This document shows positions 36,012-45,350 of a DNA stretch of 64,000 nt, in pieces. The notes under the pieces are model-generated. The model had not been told where the DNA came from. It saw only the letters and a program-made list of their open reading frames with translations, and did not search any database. Within the stretch, counting starts at the first letter, position 1, and every line of letters starts with the position of its first letter. Origin of the DNA: an uncultured bacterium (GTDB lineage Bacteria > Patescibacteriota > Minisyncoccia > Phycocordibacterales > UBA6065); assembly GCA_966243015.1 (NCBI GenBank), contig CBIMES010000002.1, positions 117,458 to 181,457 of the forward strand, read 5' to 3'. A program made the translations under genes and the position numbers.

Positions 36012-36238
36012 GTAGTCAGGTTGAAACGGCGGTACTCCAGAATATAAATCTCTAAGCAATTAAACCTTTACGGTTTACTAGTTGATATTCTCGGGACGTT
36101 CTGGTTTGCACTTCGGTGCACTTACTGGGGCTATCCTAAGAACTCTGCTTAACTTTAGATGCACATCTTTAAGTATTGCTTAGAGATTTATGTTCTCGAG
36201 CGAGAGGCTCGCTTCCGAAAGGGGCGAGCTTTTCTTTC
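36012..36238 (+). ncRNA. Candidate small structured RNA of about 225 nt with a promoter and an intrinsic terminator. Class unknown, 6S-like architecture possible.
   Basis: There is no ORF of at least 60 aa on the plus strand here. A perfect UUCG hairpin (GCAC-UUCG-GUGC) lies at about 36127-36138. A 15-bp perfect long-range inverted repeat (AAATCTCTAAGCAAT at 36044-36058, ATTGCTTAGAGATTT at 36176-36190) encloses about 117 nt. A terminal GC-rich hairpin with a GAAA loop is followed by TTTTCTTT at 36204-36238. Confidence 0.4.
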
Positions 36239-36322
36239 CCTATGGTACTACTCCTATTACTCCCCGCAACTACGTTTTAGCAGGGGAGCACAGAGGTAAT
36301 TTTAAGTAAATCTTGACGGAAT

Positions 36323-38008
36323 TTAGACGATTTCCGAGATGTCGATGACGCGCTCGAGCTCGTCGAGCGAAGTGATGCCTTTGAGCACCTTCACGATGCC
36401 GTCCTCGCGCATGTCGGGGATCCCCTGGATGCGCGTCGCGGCCTTGATGTCGCGCTCGCTTGGGTTCTTCTCGACTGCGGATTCGAGGGTTTCGTCCGTT
36501 GCCACGGCCTCGTATATGCCGATTCGCCCCTTGTATCCGCTCTGGTTGCACGCTTCGCAGCCTGCGGCGGCCCACATCTTTTCGGTCTGGAGCCCCACTA
36601 CGGAATTTTTGTCCTGGACGCCTGAGACGATCTCGTCGACGCGTCGCTTCGTCTCGCCTTCGAGAATTACTTCCGTCTTGCAGACGGCGCAGAGCTTTCT
36701 CACCAGTCGCTGGGCGAGCACGATGTTAATCGCCGAGGTCATGGTCTTTGAGTTTACGCCGAGATCGATGAGGCGAGGGTATGCACCCGCCGCCGAGTTG
36801 GTGTGGAGGGTGGAGAAGACGAGGTGTCCCGTCTCCGCGGAGTCGACGGCGATCTTCGCGGTTTCCTCGTCTCGGATCTCTCCCACCATGATCACGTCTG
36901 GGTCTTGTCTGAGCGCCGAGCGGAGACCGAGCCCGAAGGTGTAGTTCTTGTCGGGGTTGACCTGCGTCTGTACGATGCCGGGGAGGTGGTACTCGATAGG
37001 GTCCTCGATGGTAATGATTTTAACTCCCGGGCTGTGAATCTTGCGGAGGAAGGCGTACAGGGTCGTGGTCTTTCCAGATCCCGTCGGACCGGTGGTGAGA
37101 ATCATGCCGTTTGGTCGCGCAATCTCCTTGAGGAGGATGCCAAGGAGCTTCTCGGGAATGCCGAGGTTCTCGAGGGGCACCTGAATCGAGCGGGGATTGA
37201 GGATTCGGAGCACAATGGACTCATTGTACGCGCCAGGCAAGACCGAGGTTCGGATCTCGATATCGTCCTCGCCGACCTTCACGCTGAAGCGGCCGTCCTG
37301 GGCCTCGCTCTTCACGTTGAGCTTGAGTCCCGAGAGCAGCTTGATGCGCGAGAGAAGGAGAAGGAATGTCTCGGTGTCGAAGCTGAGTATGTCTGTGAGC
37401 ACGCCGTCGAGTCGATAGCGGAGCCGCACATACGCTTCTTCCGGCTCGACGTGGATGTCTGACGCTTTGGTCGCGAGCGCTCCCGAGAGCACGATCTCGA
37501 GGATCTTCGAGATGCGGAAGCCCTTTTTGAGTTTGAGGACCTCGGCCATCGAGGCCTTCACGTCATCGATGCCTTTAATCTGGCCGAGGTAGTTTTTGAT
37601 GTCCTCGCTCGAGATGTCGAGAGCGCCCGCCTTGGTCTCCGTCGAGAAGGAGAGGTCAGCGTAGCGGCTCCAGACCTTTTCGAGGCTCGAGAGCGAGGCG
37701 ACAGCCACGGTCACCTCGTATCCCTTGTTCGTGACCGTGTCGAGGATGGCGAGGGTCTTGTCGCTGACGGGGGAGAGGACGGCGATCTTCACGCGCTTGC
37801 CGACGAGGCTGAACGGCGCGATCTTCGTGTCGCGGGCCTCCGCCTCGGTGACGACGCGGAGGGCGTCCATGTTAATAGGCACCGGACCGAGGTCCGCGTA
37901 CTCGAGGCCGTGTCGCGAGGCGATGATCTGGGCGAGATCCTCTTCCTCGCGCTTTCTGAATTCCTCGAGCTTTTTACCCTGCTTTTCCTCGTCAAATGAG
38001 AGTGACAT
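36323..38008 (-). CDS. pilB: Type IV pilus / type II secretion assembly ATPase (PilB/GspE family)
   Basis: N-terminal GSPII-like domain, Walker A (LTTGPTGSGKTTTL), Asp/His boxes, and a tetra-Cys motif (CAVC…CEAC). 561 aa. Confidence 0.9.
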   Translation of the reverse strand: MSLSFDEEKQGKKLEEFRKREEEDLAQIIASRHGLEYADLGPVPINMDALRVVTEAEARDTKIAPFSLVGKRVKIAVLSPVSDKTLAILDTVTNKGYEVTVAVASLSSLEKVWSRYADLSFSTETKAGALDISSEDIKNYLGQIKGIDDVKASMAEVLKLKKGFRISKILEIVLSGALATKASDIHVEPEEAYVRLRYRLDGVLTDILSFDTETFLLLLSRIKLLSGLKLNVKSEAQDGRFSVKVGEDDIEIRTSVLPGAYNESIVLRILNPRSIQVPLENLGIPEKLLGILLKEIARPNGMILTTGPTGSGKTTTLYAFLRKIHSPGVKIITIEDPIEYHLPGIVQTQVNPDKNYTFGLGLRSALRQDPDVIMVGEIRDEETAKIAVDSAETGHLVFSTLHTNSAAGAYPRLIDLGVNSKTMTSAINIVLAQRLVRKLCAVCKTEVILEGETKRRVDEIVSGVQDKNSVVGLQTEKMWAAAGCEACNQSGYKGRIGIYEAVATDETLESAVEKNPSERDIKAATRIQGIPDMREDGIVKVLKGITSLDELERVIDISEIV

Positions 38009-38130
38009 GGCCTTTATTGTAGCGCTTTAAGGCCGTTTTTCTTCTATTGACAAATCGGTATTATTTGATATAATATACACAGAACAACATGGCATGGTGC
38101 CGTGATACAGAAACTCTGGATTTTCTACCG

Positions 38131-38622
38131 ATGCACAAGAAACTGCTAGCGATCATTGTCAGCCTGTTTGTGGTCAGTGTCTTCAGCGGATGCGCCTCGC
38201 GTCTTCAGCGGGGTGCCCGTGTCGGAGACAAGCCTCCTCTCATGTCTCAGTGGGGTAACGCCCTCTCGTTCAACATGAGTCCCGCGCAAGGTAATGTGTT
38301 TGCTCAGCCTGCGATATGGGCGGGTGATATTGCCAAGGTTCCGAATGCGACTCCTTTCACCCTTGCTATCAGGGGCAATACGAGCGACAAGGTGGTGTAT
38401 CTGAGGCCGGGCGAATCGACTGAAATCGACCTGTCTCTGACGAATTACTCGATCATGGTATATGCGCAGATTGATGGCGAGCAGCAGTTCGTTCTCTCTC
38501 GGAGCTTCGCCAGGTCGGGGGATACCGTCAACCGCTATCACTATACCTTCACGGTCAAATACTATGACGGTCCGAGTTACGAGAATCGGCTTAATCGCTT
38601 CTACGGCGAAATGAGCTGGTGA
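38131..38622 (+). CDS. Putative lipoprotein, function unknown
   Basis: Signal peptide with lipobox MHKKLLAIIVSLFVVSVFSGC. The track ORF starts upstream at 38089. A UUCG-loop terminator follows. Confidence 0.55.
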   Translation: MHKKLLAIIVSLFVVSVFSGCASRLQRGARVGDKPPLMSQWGNALSFNMSPAQGNVFAQPAIWAGDIAKVPNATPFTLAIRGNTSDKVVYLRPGESTEIDLSLTNYSIMVYAQIDGEQQFVLSRSFARSGDTVNRYHYTFTVKYYDGPSYENRLNRFYGEMSW

Positions 38623-38641
38623 TCGTTCTCCTAACAGGGTC

Positions 38642-38675
38642 CACTTCGGTGGGCCCTTTTCTTTTGTCCGCGCCG
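38642..38675 (+). terminator. Rho-independent terminator (UUCG tetraloop hairpin)
   Basis: GGGTCCAC-ttcg-GTGGGCCC-TTTTCTTTT. Confidence 0.7.
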
Positions 38676-38696
38676 CATCTGATATATAGTATCGGC

Positions 38697-39131
38697 ATGA
38701 TATCGAAAGGCATTCAGGACACCTTCGCCATCGCTGCCGAGTTCGCTCGCGGGCTTGAGTCGCGCGAGGGCGGGGCGACCGTCATTGCCCTGAAAGGAGA
38801 CCTTGGTTCGGGCAAGACGACCTTTACCAAGGCTTTTGCTGCCGCCCTGGGTGTTCCCGCAGAGGAGATAACCAGCCCAACCTTCGTCATCGAGAAGCGC
38901 TTTGACCTCGCCGGTCACGCCTTTTTCAAGAATCTTATACATATAGACGCCTATCGTCTCGAGCGGCCCGAGGAGATTCAGAAGCTCGGGTGGTCTGAGA
39001 CCCTGAAGGGGAAGGGTAACCTCGTCCTCGTAGAGTGGCCCGAGCATATTGGCGCCGCGTTGCCTCCGAATACCCCCACGATTTCGTTCCGTTTCATAGA
39101 TGAGAATACTCGGGAAATAGTGTTTAATTAG
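38697..39131 (+). CDS. tsaE: tRNA threonylcarbamoyladenosine biosynthesis ATPase TsaE (YjeE)
   Basis: P-loop LKGDLGSGKTTFTKAFAAALGV, about 145 aa and in the TsaE size range. The track ORF is extended upstream to 38619. Confidence 0.8.
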   Translation: MISKGIQDTFAIAAEFARGLESREGGATVIALKGDLGSGKTTFTKAFAAALGVPAEEITSPTFVIEKRFDLAGHAFFKNLIHIDAYRLERPEEIQKLGWSETLKGKGNLVLVEWPEHIGAALPPNTPTISFRFIDENTREIVFN

Positions 39132-39134
39132 GGG

Positions 39135-41558
39135 GTGAAAAGACTCATTCTTCTGGACTCTCACGCCATCCTTCACCGGGCCTATCACGCGCTCCCGGAC
39201 TTTTCGACGGCTGCTGGCGAGCCGACGGGCGCCCTCTACGGTGTGGCGACCATGCTTATCGGCATCATCGAGACGCTCAAGCCCGATTACATCGTTGCGG
39301 CCTACGATTTGCCGAAGCCGACCCATAGGCATGAGGCGTACAAGGACTACAAGGCCGGAAGGGCAAAGACCGACGACGCCCTCGTCGCGCAGATTATTCG
39401 CTCGCGCGACGTCTTCGACGCGCTCGGCATTCCTGTGTACGACAAAGAGGGTTTTGAGGCGGACGATATCCTGGGAACCATCGTCGAGAAAACAAGGAAA
39501 GAGCGCGAGGCGGGCGAGCTTCAGATTGTCATCGCCTCGGGCGATATGGATACGCTCCAGCTCGTCTCGGGCGAGAGCGTCCAGGTCTACACCCTCAAGA
39601 AGGGAATCAAGGACACGGTTATCTACGATGAGGCCGCGGTGCGCGAGCGCTTCGGCTTTGGCCCAGAGCTTCTCCCTGACTACAAGGGGCTCAGGGGCGA
39701 TCCGTCAGACAACATCATCGGCATCAAGGGTATCGGCGAGAAGACCGCCACGACCCTCATCACCACCTTCGGCACCATCGAGAATATGTATAAGGCACTC
39801 GCCGAGGACGACGCCGCGTTCCGCGATGCGGGCATAACGCCTCGCGTCATTGAGCTTCTGCGGGCGGGCGAGGAGGACGCCGAGTTCTCCAAGGTGCTCG
39901 CCACCATTCGTCGGGACGCGCCCATCGAGTGGAAGGCGCCCGTTGTCGGTTGGCGCGATTCTATTGATATGGACAAGACGGCAAAGCTTTTCGCCGATCT
40001 CGAGTTTAGGACGATGATGCCACGCCTCAAGGCAGCGATCGAGGGCAGGATTCCCACAAAATCACCGGCAAAGGCTTCGGGCGCTGGTGGCGTCGGCGCC
40101 GAGACTCATTCATCAGCCACCGTCGCTGACGAGGAAAAGAGGCTCGCCGAGATGGAGGCGGCCATTCCCGCAGACAGGCTCCGCGAGGCGGCACTCATGC
40201 TTTGGCTCGTCAACTCGAACATATCGGATCCAAAATTCTCGGACATCCTCTCGTTCGCCAAGGCGAAGACCTTTGACGACGCCTACGCAGTTCTCTCGAA
40301 AGAAATCACGCGCCTTGGCCTTACGAGGGTATACGAGGAAATCGAAAAGCCTCTCATCCCTCTCCTCGACAGGATGAAAAAAGTGGGTGTGAAGATAGAC
40401 GGGGAGTACCTTCAGTCGCTCGGCGACGAGTATCGCAAGGAGCTCTCGGCCATCGAGCAGTCTATCTGGCGCATGGCCGGCATGGAGTTTAACGTGTCGT
40501 CGCCCAAGCAGCTTGGCGAGGTGCTGTTCGTGAAGCTTGGTCTGAAGTCAAAGAAGAAGACGGCTGGGGGCGCACTTTCCACCAAGGAGAGTGAGCTCGA
40601 GAAACTCGCTGACGAGCATCCCATCATCGACGAGATACTCCGCTATCGCGAGCTTTCCAAACTTCTTGGCACCTATATCGAGACTATTCCGGCGCTTCTC
40701 GACGAGAACTCCCGCGTCCATCCGACGTTCATACAGACGGGCGCCGTGACCGGTCGCATGGCGACCAAGGACCCGAGCATCCAGAACATACCAAACAGGA
40801 CGGAGCTCGGTCGCAGGATCAGGAACGCCTTCGTGGCGGAGAAGGGCTGGAAGCTCGTGGCCTTTGACTATTCTCAGATCGAGCTTCGCATCGCCGCGTT
40901 TCTCTCGAAGGACGAGAAGTTCATCGACATCTTCCGCAGGGGAGAGGACGTGCACGCCGCGGTTGCCGCACAGGTGTTTGGCGTGCCGGTCGCGGCAGTC
41001 ACCAAGACTATGCGCTCTCAGGCGAAGGTCATCAATTTCGGCGTCATGTACGGTATGGGGGTGACGGCCCTTCAGAAAAATCTTGGCACCGACCGCAAGG
41101 CGGCGCAGAAGTTCTATAACGACTATTTCGAGAAGTTCCACGGTCTCGCGGGGTATCTCGAGAGCGTGAAGGCGCAGACCGCGCGCACGGGCTATACCGA
41201 GACGTTTTTCGGCCGACGCCGCTACTTCGACGGCATTAAGTCAAAAGTCCCGTTCATCCGCGCGGCCGCCGAGCGCATGGCCATCAATGCGCCGATTCAG
41301 GGGACAGAGGCCGATATCGTGAAGCTCGCCATGATTCGCATAGACGAGTATCTCCGCGACAGGGGACTCTCCGAGGACGCGCGCATTCTCATGCAGGTGC
41401 ACGACGAAATTGTCCTGGAGGTTAAGAGTGAGCTTGTGAACAAGATATCCCCAGATATCAAGAATATTATGGAAAATATCGTCTCCCCAGACGATATTCA
41501 AGGCATCGTCATCGCGGCTGAGGAAAAGGTTGGGGACAACTGGGGTATTATGGAATAG
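39135..41558 (+). CDS. polA: DNA polymerase I (5'-3' exonuclease + polymerase; the 807-aa length implies a reduced or absent 3'-5' proofreading domain)
   Basis: N-terminal FEN/5'-nuclease motifs (LILLDSHAILHRAYHA). Pol A motif (…DYSQIELRIAA…), motif B (…RSQAKVINFGVMYG…), and motif C (…QVHDEIVLE…). Confidence 0.9.
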   Translation: MKRLILLDSHAILHRAYHALPDFSTAAGEPTGALYGVATMLIGIIETLKPDYIVAAYDLPKPTHRHEAYKDYKAGRAKTDDALVAQIIRSRDVFDALGIPVYDKEGFEADDILGTIVEKTRKEREAGELQIVIASGDMDTLQLVSGESVQVYTLKKGIKDTVIYDEAAVRERFGFGPELLPDYKGLRGDPSDNIIGIKGIGEKTATTLITTFGTIENMYKALAEDDAAFRDAGITPRVIELLRAGEEDAEFSKVLATIRRDAPIEWKAPVVGWRDSIDMDKTAKLFADLEFRTMMPRLKAAIEGRIPTKSPAKASGAGGVGAETHSSATVADEEKRLAEMEAAIPADRLREAALMLWLVNSNISDPKFSDILSFAKAKTFDDAYAVLSKEITRLGLTRVYEEIEKPLIPLLDRMKKVGVKIDGEYLQSLGDEYRKELSAIEQSIWRMAGMEFNVSSPKQLGEVLFVKLGLKSKKKTAGGALSTKESELEKLADEHPIIDEILRYRELSKLLGTYIETIPALLDENSRVHPTFIQTGAVTGRMATKDPSIQNIPNRTELGRRIRNAFVAEKGWKLVAFDYSQIELRIAAFLSKDEKFIDIFRRGEDVHAAVAAQVFGVPVAAVTKTMRSQAKVINFGVMYGMGVTALQKNLGTDRKAAQKFYNDYFEKFHGLAGYLESVKAQTARTGYTETFFGRRRYFDGIKSKVPFIRAAAERMAINAPIQGTEADIVKLAMIRIDEYLRDRGLSEDARILMQVHDEIVLEVKSELVNKISPDIKNIMENIVSPDDIQGIVIAAEEKVGDNWGIME

Positions 41559-41563
41559 CCCAT

Positions 41564-42283
41564 ATGCTGTATCTCATTCACGGAACTGATATCGAAACCG
41601 CTCGCGCCAAGGCCCGCGCGCTCTTTGAGGCGCTCAGGCAGAAGAAGCCAGACGCGTCTGCGGGGACCCTGTCGGCCGAGCAGGTGACATTCGAGCGCCT
41701 CGACGAGCTTACCCAGACGCAGGGCCTCTTCGAGAACAGGCAGATTATTTTCATGGACCGCACGCTCGAGAATAAGGACATGCGTGACGTCGTCCTCGAG
41801 CGCATCGACGCCCTTGCCGAGTCGCCGAACATATTCATATTCTCGGAGGGCAAACTCACCAAAGAGGTTCTCAAGAAATTCGAGAAGCGCGCCGAGAAGG
41901 TACAGGAATACGAGGCAAAAGAGGCGTCCAAGGCAAAGCAGGACGGCGGTTTCTTCGCTCTCGCTGACGCTCTCGGCTCTCGCGACAAGAAGAGCCTCTG
42001 GGTACTCTTCAGGGACGCGATGGACAAGGGCGCCGCGCCAGAAGAAATTCACGGTATTCTCTTCTGGCAGGCGAAGTCTCTTGCGCTCGCCGAGCGAACG
42101 CGCGACGCGGCCGAGGCGGGACTCAATCCGTTCGTGTATGGGAAGGCGAAGAGGCACTCTTCAAACTTCAGGGAAGGCGAAGTTGACTCGCTCGTGTCTC
42201 GGCTCGTCCATCTGTATCATCGGGCGCATCGCGGTCAGGAGGATTTCGAGGTGTCGCTCGAGAAGCTGATTCTCGATCTCTAG
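41564..42283 (+). CDS. holA: DNA polymerase III delta subunit-like protein (HolA family, short)
   Basis: N-terminus MLYLIHGTDIETA… and overall helical clamp-loader-delta-like pattern (…ILFWQAKSLALA…). It lies immediately downstream of polA. Assigned by pattern only. Confidence 0.45.
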   Translation: MLYLIHGTDIETARAKARALFEALRQKKPDASAGTLSAEQVTFERLDELTQTQGLFENRQIIFMDRTLENKDMRDVVLERIDALAESPNIFIFSEGKLTKEVLKKFEKRAEKVQEYEAKEASKAKQDGGFFALADALGSRDKKSLWVLFRDAMDKGAAPEEIHGILFWQAKSLALAERTRDAAEAGLNPFVYGKAKRHSSNFREGEVDSLVSRLVHLYHRAHRGQEDFEVSLEKLILDL

Positions 42284-42291
42284 GATAAAAA

Positions 42292-42325
42292 AGTCCCCGC
42301 TGGAAAGGCGGGGACTTTTGTTTGC
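42292..42325 (+). terminator. Rho-independent terminator
   Basis: AGTCCCCGC-tggaaag-GCGGGGACT-TTTGTTT. Confidence 0.75.
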
Positions 42326-42329
42326 CGTT

Positions 42330-42722
42330 TTATGCGGCGGCCTCTTCGTCATCCGGCATGACCACGGCGGGCCGGGGGCGATGGGTGGGGAATTCGAATT
42401 GCTTCAGAATTTCCTCGGGAAGATTCGCGCGGACGTATTCCATTGAAACCGAGAACAGGAAGTGCTCGCCTCGCTCGCTGTGGTGGCTGACGTTTGCCGC
42501 CTCGGCCGCGTAGAAACTCAACCCTCCACTGATGAATGACTCCTGATGGCCCCGCCTGCTTGTCTCAGGTATGCCGCTTATGGCGGATACCGGAATCCTG
42601 ATCCATTCGGGGTCGTTGAAGCGACTGATGACGAGCTCTGTCGCCCCTTCGGGTATTGGCTTGATCATGGCTGATGTGTTCCAAGGAACTCGCGATATGC
42701 CCTCGCGTAAGGCTGTGCGCAA
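42330..42722 (-). CDS. Hypothetical protein
   Basis: 130-aa ORF. An alternative start at MIKPIPEG is possible. No family is recognisable. Confidence 0.35.
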   Translation of the reverse strand: MRTALREGISRVPWNTSAMIKPIPEGATELVISRFNDPEWIRIPVSAISGIPETSRRGHQESFISGGLSFYAAEAANVSHHSERGEHFLFSVSMEYVRANLPEEILKQFEFPTHRPRPAVVMPDDEEAAA

Positions 42723-42814
42723 CGTGCGCGTTTGTAGAAAACATTACGCCCGCCAGATTAGTTTGTCAAAACTTCTGTACCTTGCGAAGTTTTGTGGTAT
42801 TATCGGTTTCAATT

Positions 42815-42887
42815 CCGCCCATAGCTCAGTCGGTAGAGCAGCTCCCTTTTAAGGAGAGGGTCGTTGGTTCGATTCCAACTGGGCGGA
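42815..42887 (+). tRNA. tRNA-Lys (anticodon TTT)
   Basis: Cloverleaf: acceptor CCGCCCA/TGGGCGG, D-arm GCTC-AGTCGGTA-GAGC, anticodon loop CTTTTAA, T-arm GTTGG-TTCGATT-CCAAC, discriminator A. An upstream TGGTATTAT extended -10-like element is present. Confidence 0.9.
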
Positions 42888-42893
42888 CACTGT

Positions 42894-43367
42894 ATGAAGC
42901 GCGACGTCAGGATCCTCCTTCACGACATTCGCAGCGTCCATAATGTCGCAGCGATATTCCGTACCGCGGACGCAATCGGCGCGACCAAGATATACCTGGG
43001 TGGATACAGTCCGGCGCCCGTGGATCGTTTCGGGAACGCACGCGCTGATTTTTCGAAGGCCGCTCTTGGCTCCGAGAACACGGTTTCATGGGAGGCAATT
43101 AAAAACCCGATAACCCTCATTGCCAAGCTCAAAGGCGAGGGGTTTTCTGTCGTGTCTGTCGAGCAGGATGCTCGATCTGTCGATTACAAAAAGACGAAAC
43201 CCGGCCCGAGGGCCCTCATCGTCTTCGGTAACGAAGTGACCGGTGTTTCGAAGAAAGTCCTTGCCGTCTCTGATACTGTCGCCGAGATACCCATGCGTGG
43301 CTTGAAGGAGTCCCTGAACGTATCGGTTTCGGCCGGAATCGTTCTGTATAGGTGGTTCGACAAGTAA
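42894..43367 (+). CDS. SpoU/TrmH-family tRNA/rRNA 2'-O-methyltransferase
   Basis: …HNVAAIFRTADAIGA… and C-terminal …LIVFGNEVTGVS…IPM.G..ESLNVSVSAGIVLY are the SPOUT class motifs. Start taken at MKRDVRIL. Confidence 0.8.
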   Translation: MKRDVRILLHDIRSVHNVAAIFRTADAIGATKIYLGGYSPAPVDRFGNARADFSKAALGSENTVSWEAIKNPITLIAKLKGEGFSVVSVEQDARSVDYKKTKPGPRALIVFGNEVTGVSKKVLAVSDTVAEIPMRGLKESLNVSVSAGIVLYRWFDK

Positions 43368-43397
43368 AAGCCCTCGGATACCGAGGGCTTTTACTTA
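43367..43397. terminator. Bidirectional terminator
   Basis: AAAGCCCTCG-gatac-CGAGGGCTTTT. Confidence 0.7.
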
Positions 43398-44363
43398 GAA
43401 GGTTATTGCGTCGAGAACCTCTCCCTTGGCGTCACGGAGCCTGATGATCTCCTGGCGGCTCCTCCAGAGCTCCTTGGTCTCCTCGAGGAAAAGTCTCCAC
43501 TCGTTCTTCAGGAACCCCCTTTCTTTCTGGTGCGCATAGACACAGCTGTTGTAGTTAAGCGTCTCGGCCACGAACGCTTTGCACGTTGGCGATATGTCAC
43601 TTGGAAGCGTTTCTTCGTATGTGCGGCAGCGGGGAATGGTCTCCACGAATTTTCGACACGACTCCTCTTCGTATGGCCCTGACGCCTTGAGCTCGTCGAG
43701 GGGCTCGGGGCAGTCCTTCCTGAGATCAGGCGTGTACGACTGGAACTGGTCGAGATATCCGCTGCAGATGTTTACTCGGAATGATGTGCCGACGGGGGAG
43801 CGGCCCGAGGTGATGAGGACGCGACCCTCTGCCGGAACGGATACTGCGGTTTTGAGGTAAGGGGTACCGAGCACGAGAAGGTCGGCAGCCGTCGGGATGC
43901 TCTTGATGATGTCGCGCGCATCGCCCGTGATAGTCATGCCCTCGAGTGACAAAGGGGCTTTTGCGGACGACTCGGCGATAATGCGGAGATACTCGTCCTG
44001 GGGCGAGGTTGCTGCCGCACCTGCGATTCCGTCGATGCGGAGCTCGCCTGATCCTCTGGTGACGGGGTGGATTTCCTTGGCCGTGCGTGGCTGCGAGAAA
44101 AAGCTGATGATGCTCGCGCTTATGGTGCGCGCGACCCTGGCGGGCGCCTCGGGGAGGTTGAGGGTTTCCTGCCTCTCTGGGTCGCCGCCAAAATAGGTTC
44201 GCCCATAGGTATCGCCGCTGTCGATAGGGGCGAGTGGCTTTATGTATGGTTGGCGGGCGTCAGGGTCGCTTGCCCCTCCGGTGAGGAACCAGATGAGGCC
44301 AATGCCGACGAGTCCCCAGATGAGCCAGGCGAACTCTTTGTGTAGTCCTTTGAGTATATCCAT
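43395..44363 (-). CDS. Hypothetical N-terminally anchored extracytoplasmic protein (Cys-containing C-terminal region)
   Basis: TM helix FAWLIWGLVGIGLIWFL. 322 aa. Several Cys in the C-terminal third may form disulfides. Confidence 0.45.
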   Translation of the reverse strand: MDILKGLHKEFAWLIWGLVGIGLIWFLTGGASDPDARQPYIKPLAPIDSGDTYGRTYFGGDPERQETLNLPEAPARVARTISASIISFFSQPRTAKEIHPVTRGSGELRIDGIAGAAATSPQDEYLRIIAESSAKAPLSLEGMTITGDARDIIKSIPTAADLLVLGTPYLKTAVSVPAEGRVLITSGRSPVGTSFRVNICSGYLDQFQSYTPDLRKDCPEPLDELKASGPYEEESCRKFVETIPRCRTYEETLPSDISPTCKAFVAETLNYNSCVYAHQKERGFLKNEWRLFLEETKELWRSRQEIIRLRDAKGEVLDAITF

Positions 44364-44379
44364 GACGGTAAGTATAGTG

Positions 44380-45324
44380 CTAGCGCGCCTTTCTCAGCAA
44401 CTTCTGGTGTACGGGGCAGAAGTGCGCGCTCCTCCCGCCCACGACGATTCTCTCGATGACGCCGTCGCAGCCTTTCTTGGCGCAGGGAAATCCCGTCTTG
44501 CGGTAAGCGTTGTGCTTTTCCTGGAACGATCCTCGTTCCCCGAGTATGTTGCGATAGTCCGACATTGAGTCTCCGCCGAAATCGATACCTTTTATGAGCG
44601 TTTCCTTGATTGCCTTGAGCACAATCTTCCATTGTTTCTCGGTAACGTGCTTCACGCGCTCGAGTGGGTGGATGCCAGCGCGCCACAGTACCTCGTCAGA
44701 GTAGATGTTTCCGATGCCGGAGACGATGGTGTGATCCATGAGCACGGTCTTGATAGGGCCGTTAGGTCTTTGTGACACTGCGGCCACGAGCTCGTTTGGG
44801 CCAAAGCCTTCGTCGAGAGGCTCGGGGCCGTGATGTCTGATGTGCTCGGACTCGTGCAAGCCTGCCGTGTCCGTAACGGTCACCTTTGCAAACTTTCGCA
44901 TGTCAGAGAGCACGAGATGGGTGCCGTCGGAGAAGGAGAGGACGAAGTGTATGAAGCGGTTGAAGGGGTCGTTGAGGGCCTTGTCGTCGGGATCAGCCGG
45001 CCTCCACGACTCTCCTTGGCTGTCTTTCCGGGCGAGTCTGCGATAGCGGCCGTGCATGACGTGGCCCGTCATTTTCATGTGAATCAGAATCGTCTTCCCG
45101 TTCGAAAGGTTGATGAGGATGTTCTTGCCCCGCCGCTCCGCGCCCCCGATGCGCGCGCCGATGACCTGTTTCCTGAAGAGGGGGAAGAAGCGCGGGTTCT
45201 TTATGTTGTCGCTCTGGGCGTGGAAGGGACTGTCATAGTCTGTCCAGGCATCCGAGATAAGGAGGCCTTTCGTGCGGGAGTTTATCCCGTTCACCGTCGT
45301 TTGTACCTCGGGGAGTTCGGGCAT
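44380..45324 (-). CDS. fpg: Formamidopyrimidine-DNA glycosylase / Nei-family DNA glycosylase
   Basis: N-terminal catalytic MPELPEV, H2TH region, and C-terminal zinc finger CAKKGC…CPVHQ. The track ORF starts 3 codons upstream. Confidence 0.85.
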   Translation of the reverse strand: MPELPEVQTTVNGINSRTKGLLISDAWTDYDSPFHAQSDNIKNPRFFPLFRKQVIGARIGGAERRGKNILINLSNGKTILIHMKMTGHVMHGRYRRLARKDSQGESWRPADPDDKALNDPFNRFIHFVLSFSDGTHLVLSDMRKFAKVTVTDTAGLHESEHIRHHGPEPLDEGFGPNELVAAVSQRPNGPIKTVLMDHTIVSGIGNIYSDEVLWRAGIHPLERVKHVTEKQWKIVLKAIKETLIKGIDFGGDSMSDYRNILGERGSFQEKHNAYRKTGFPCAKKGCDGVIERIVVGGRSAHFCPVHQKLLRKAR

Positions 45325-45350
45325 ATACTTCATATAAGCACAAACGAATC

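Noticed and set aside
36012-36060. The sequence GTCAGGTTGAAACGGCGG near the sRNA 5' end superficially resembles the SRP RNA helix-8 motif GUCAGGUCCGGAAGGAAGCAGC.
   Set aside because: The proposed tetraloop stem does not pair. The AGCA/GGAA conserved elements are absent. The element lies outside the long-range stem. Not supported.
36255-36300. The stretch cgcaactacgttttagcagg resembles the tmRNA tag-coding consensus (…AACUACGCUUUAGCAGCUUAA…).
   Set aside because: It lies downstream of the intrinsic terminator. There is no tRNA-like GGTTCGA(N)TCC T-arm or acceptor-stem-forming 5'/3' ends anywhere nearby. The implied tag reading frame does not end in the usual …LAA stop context. Most likely chance similarity.
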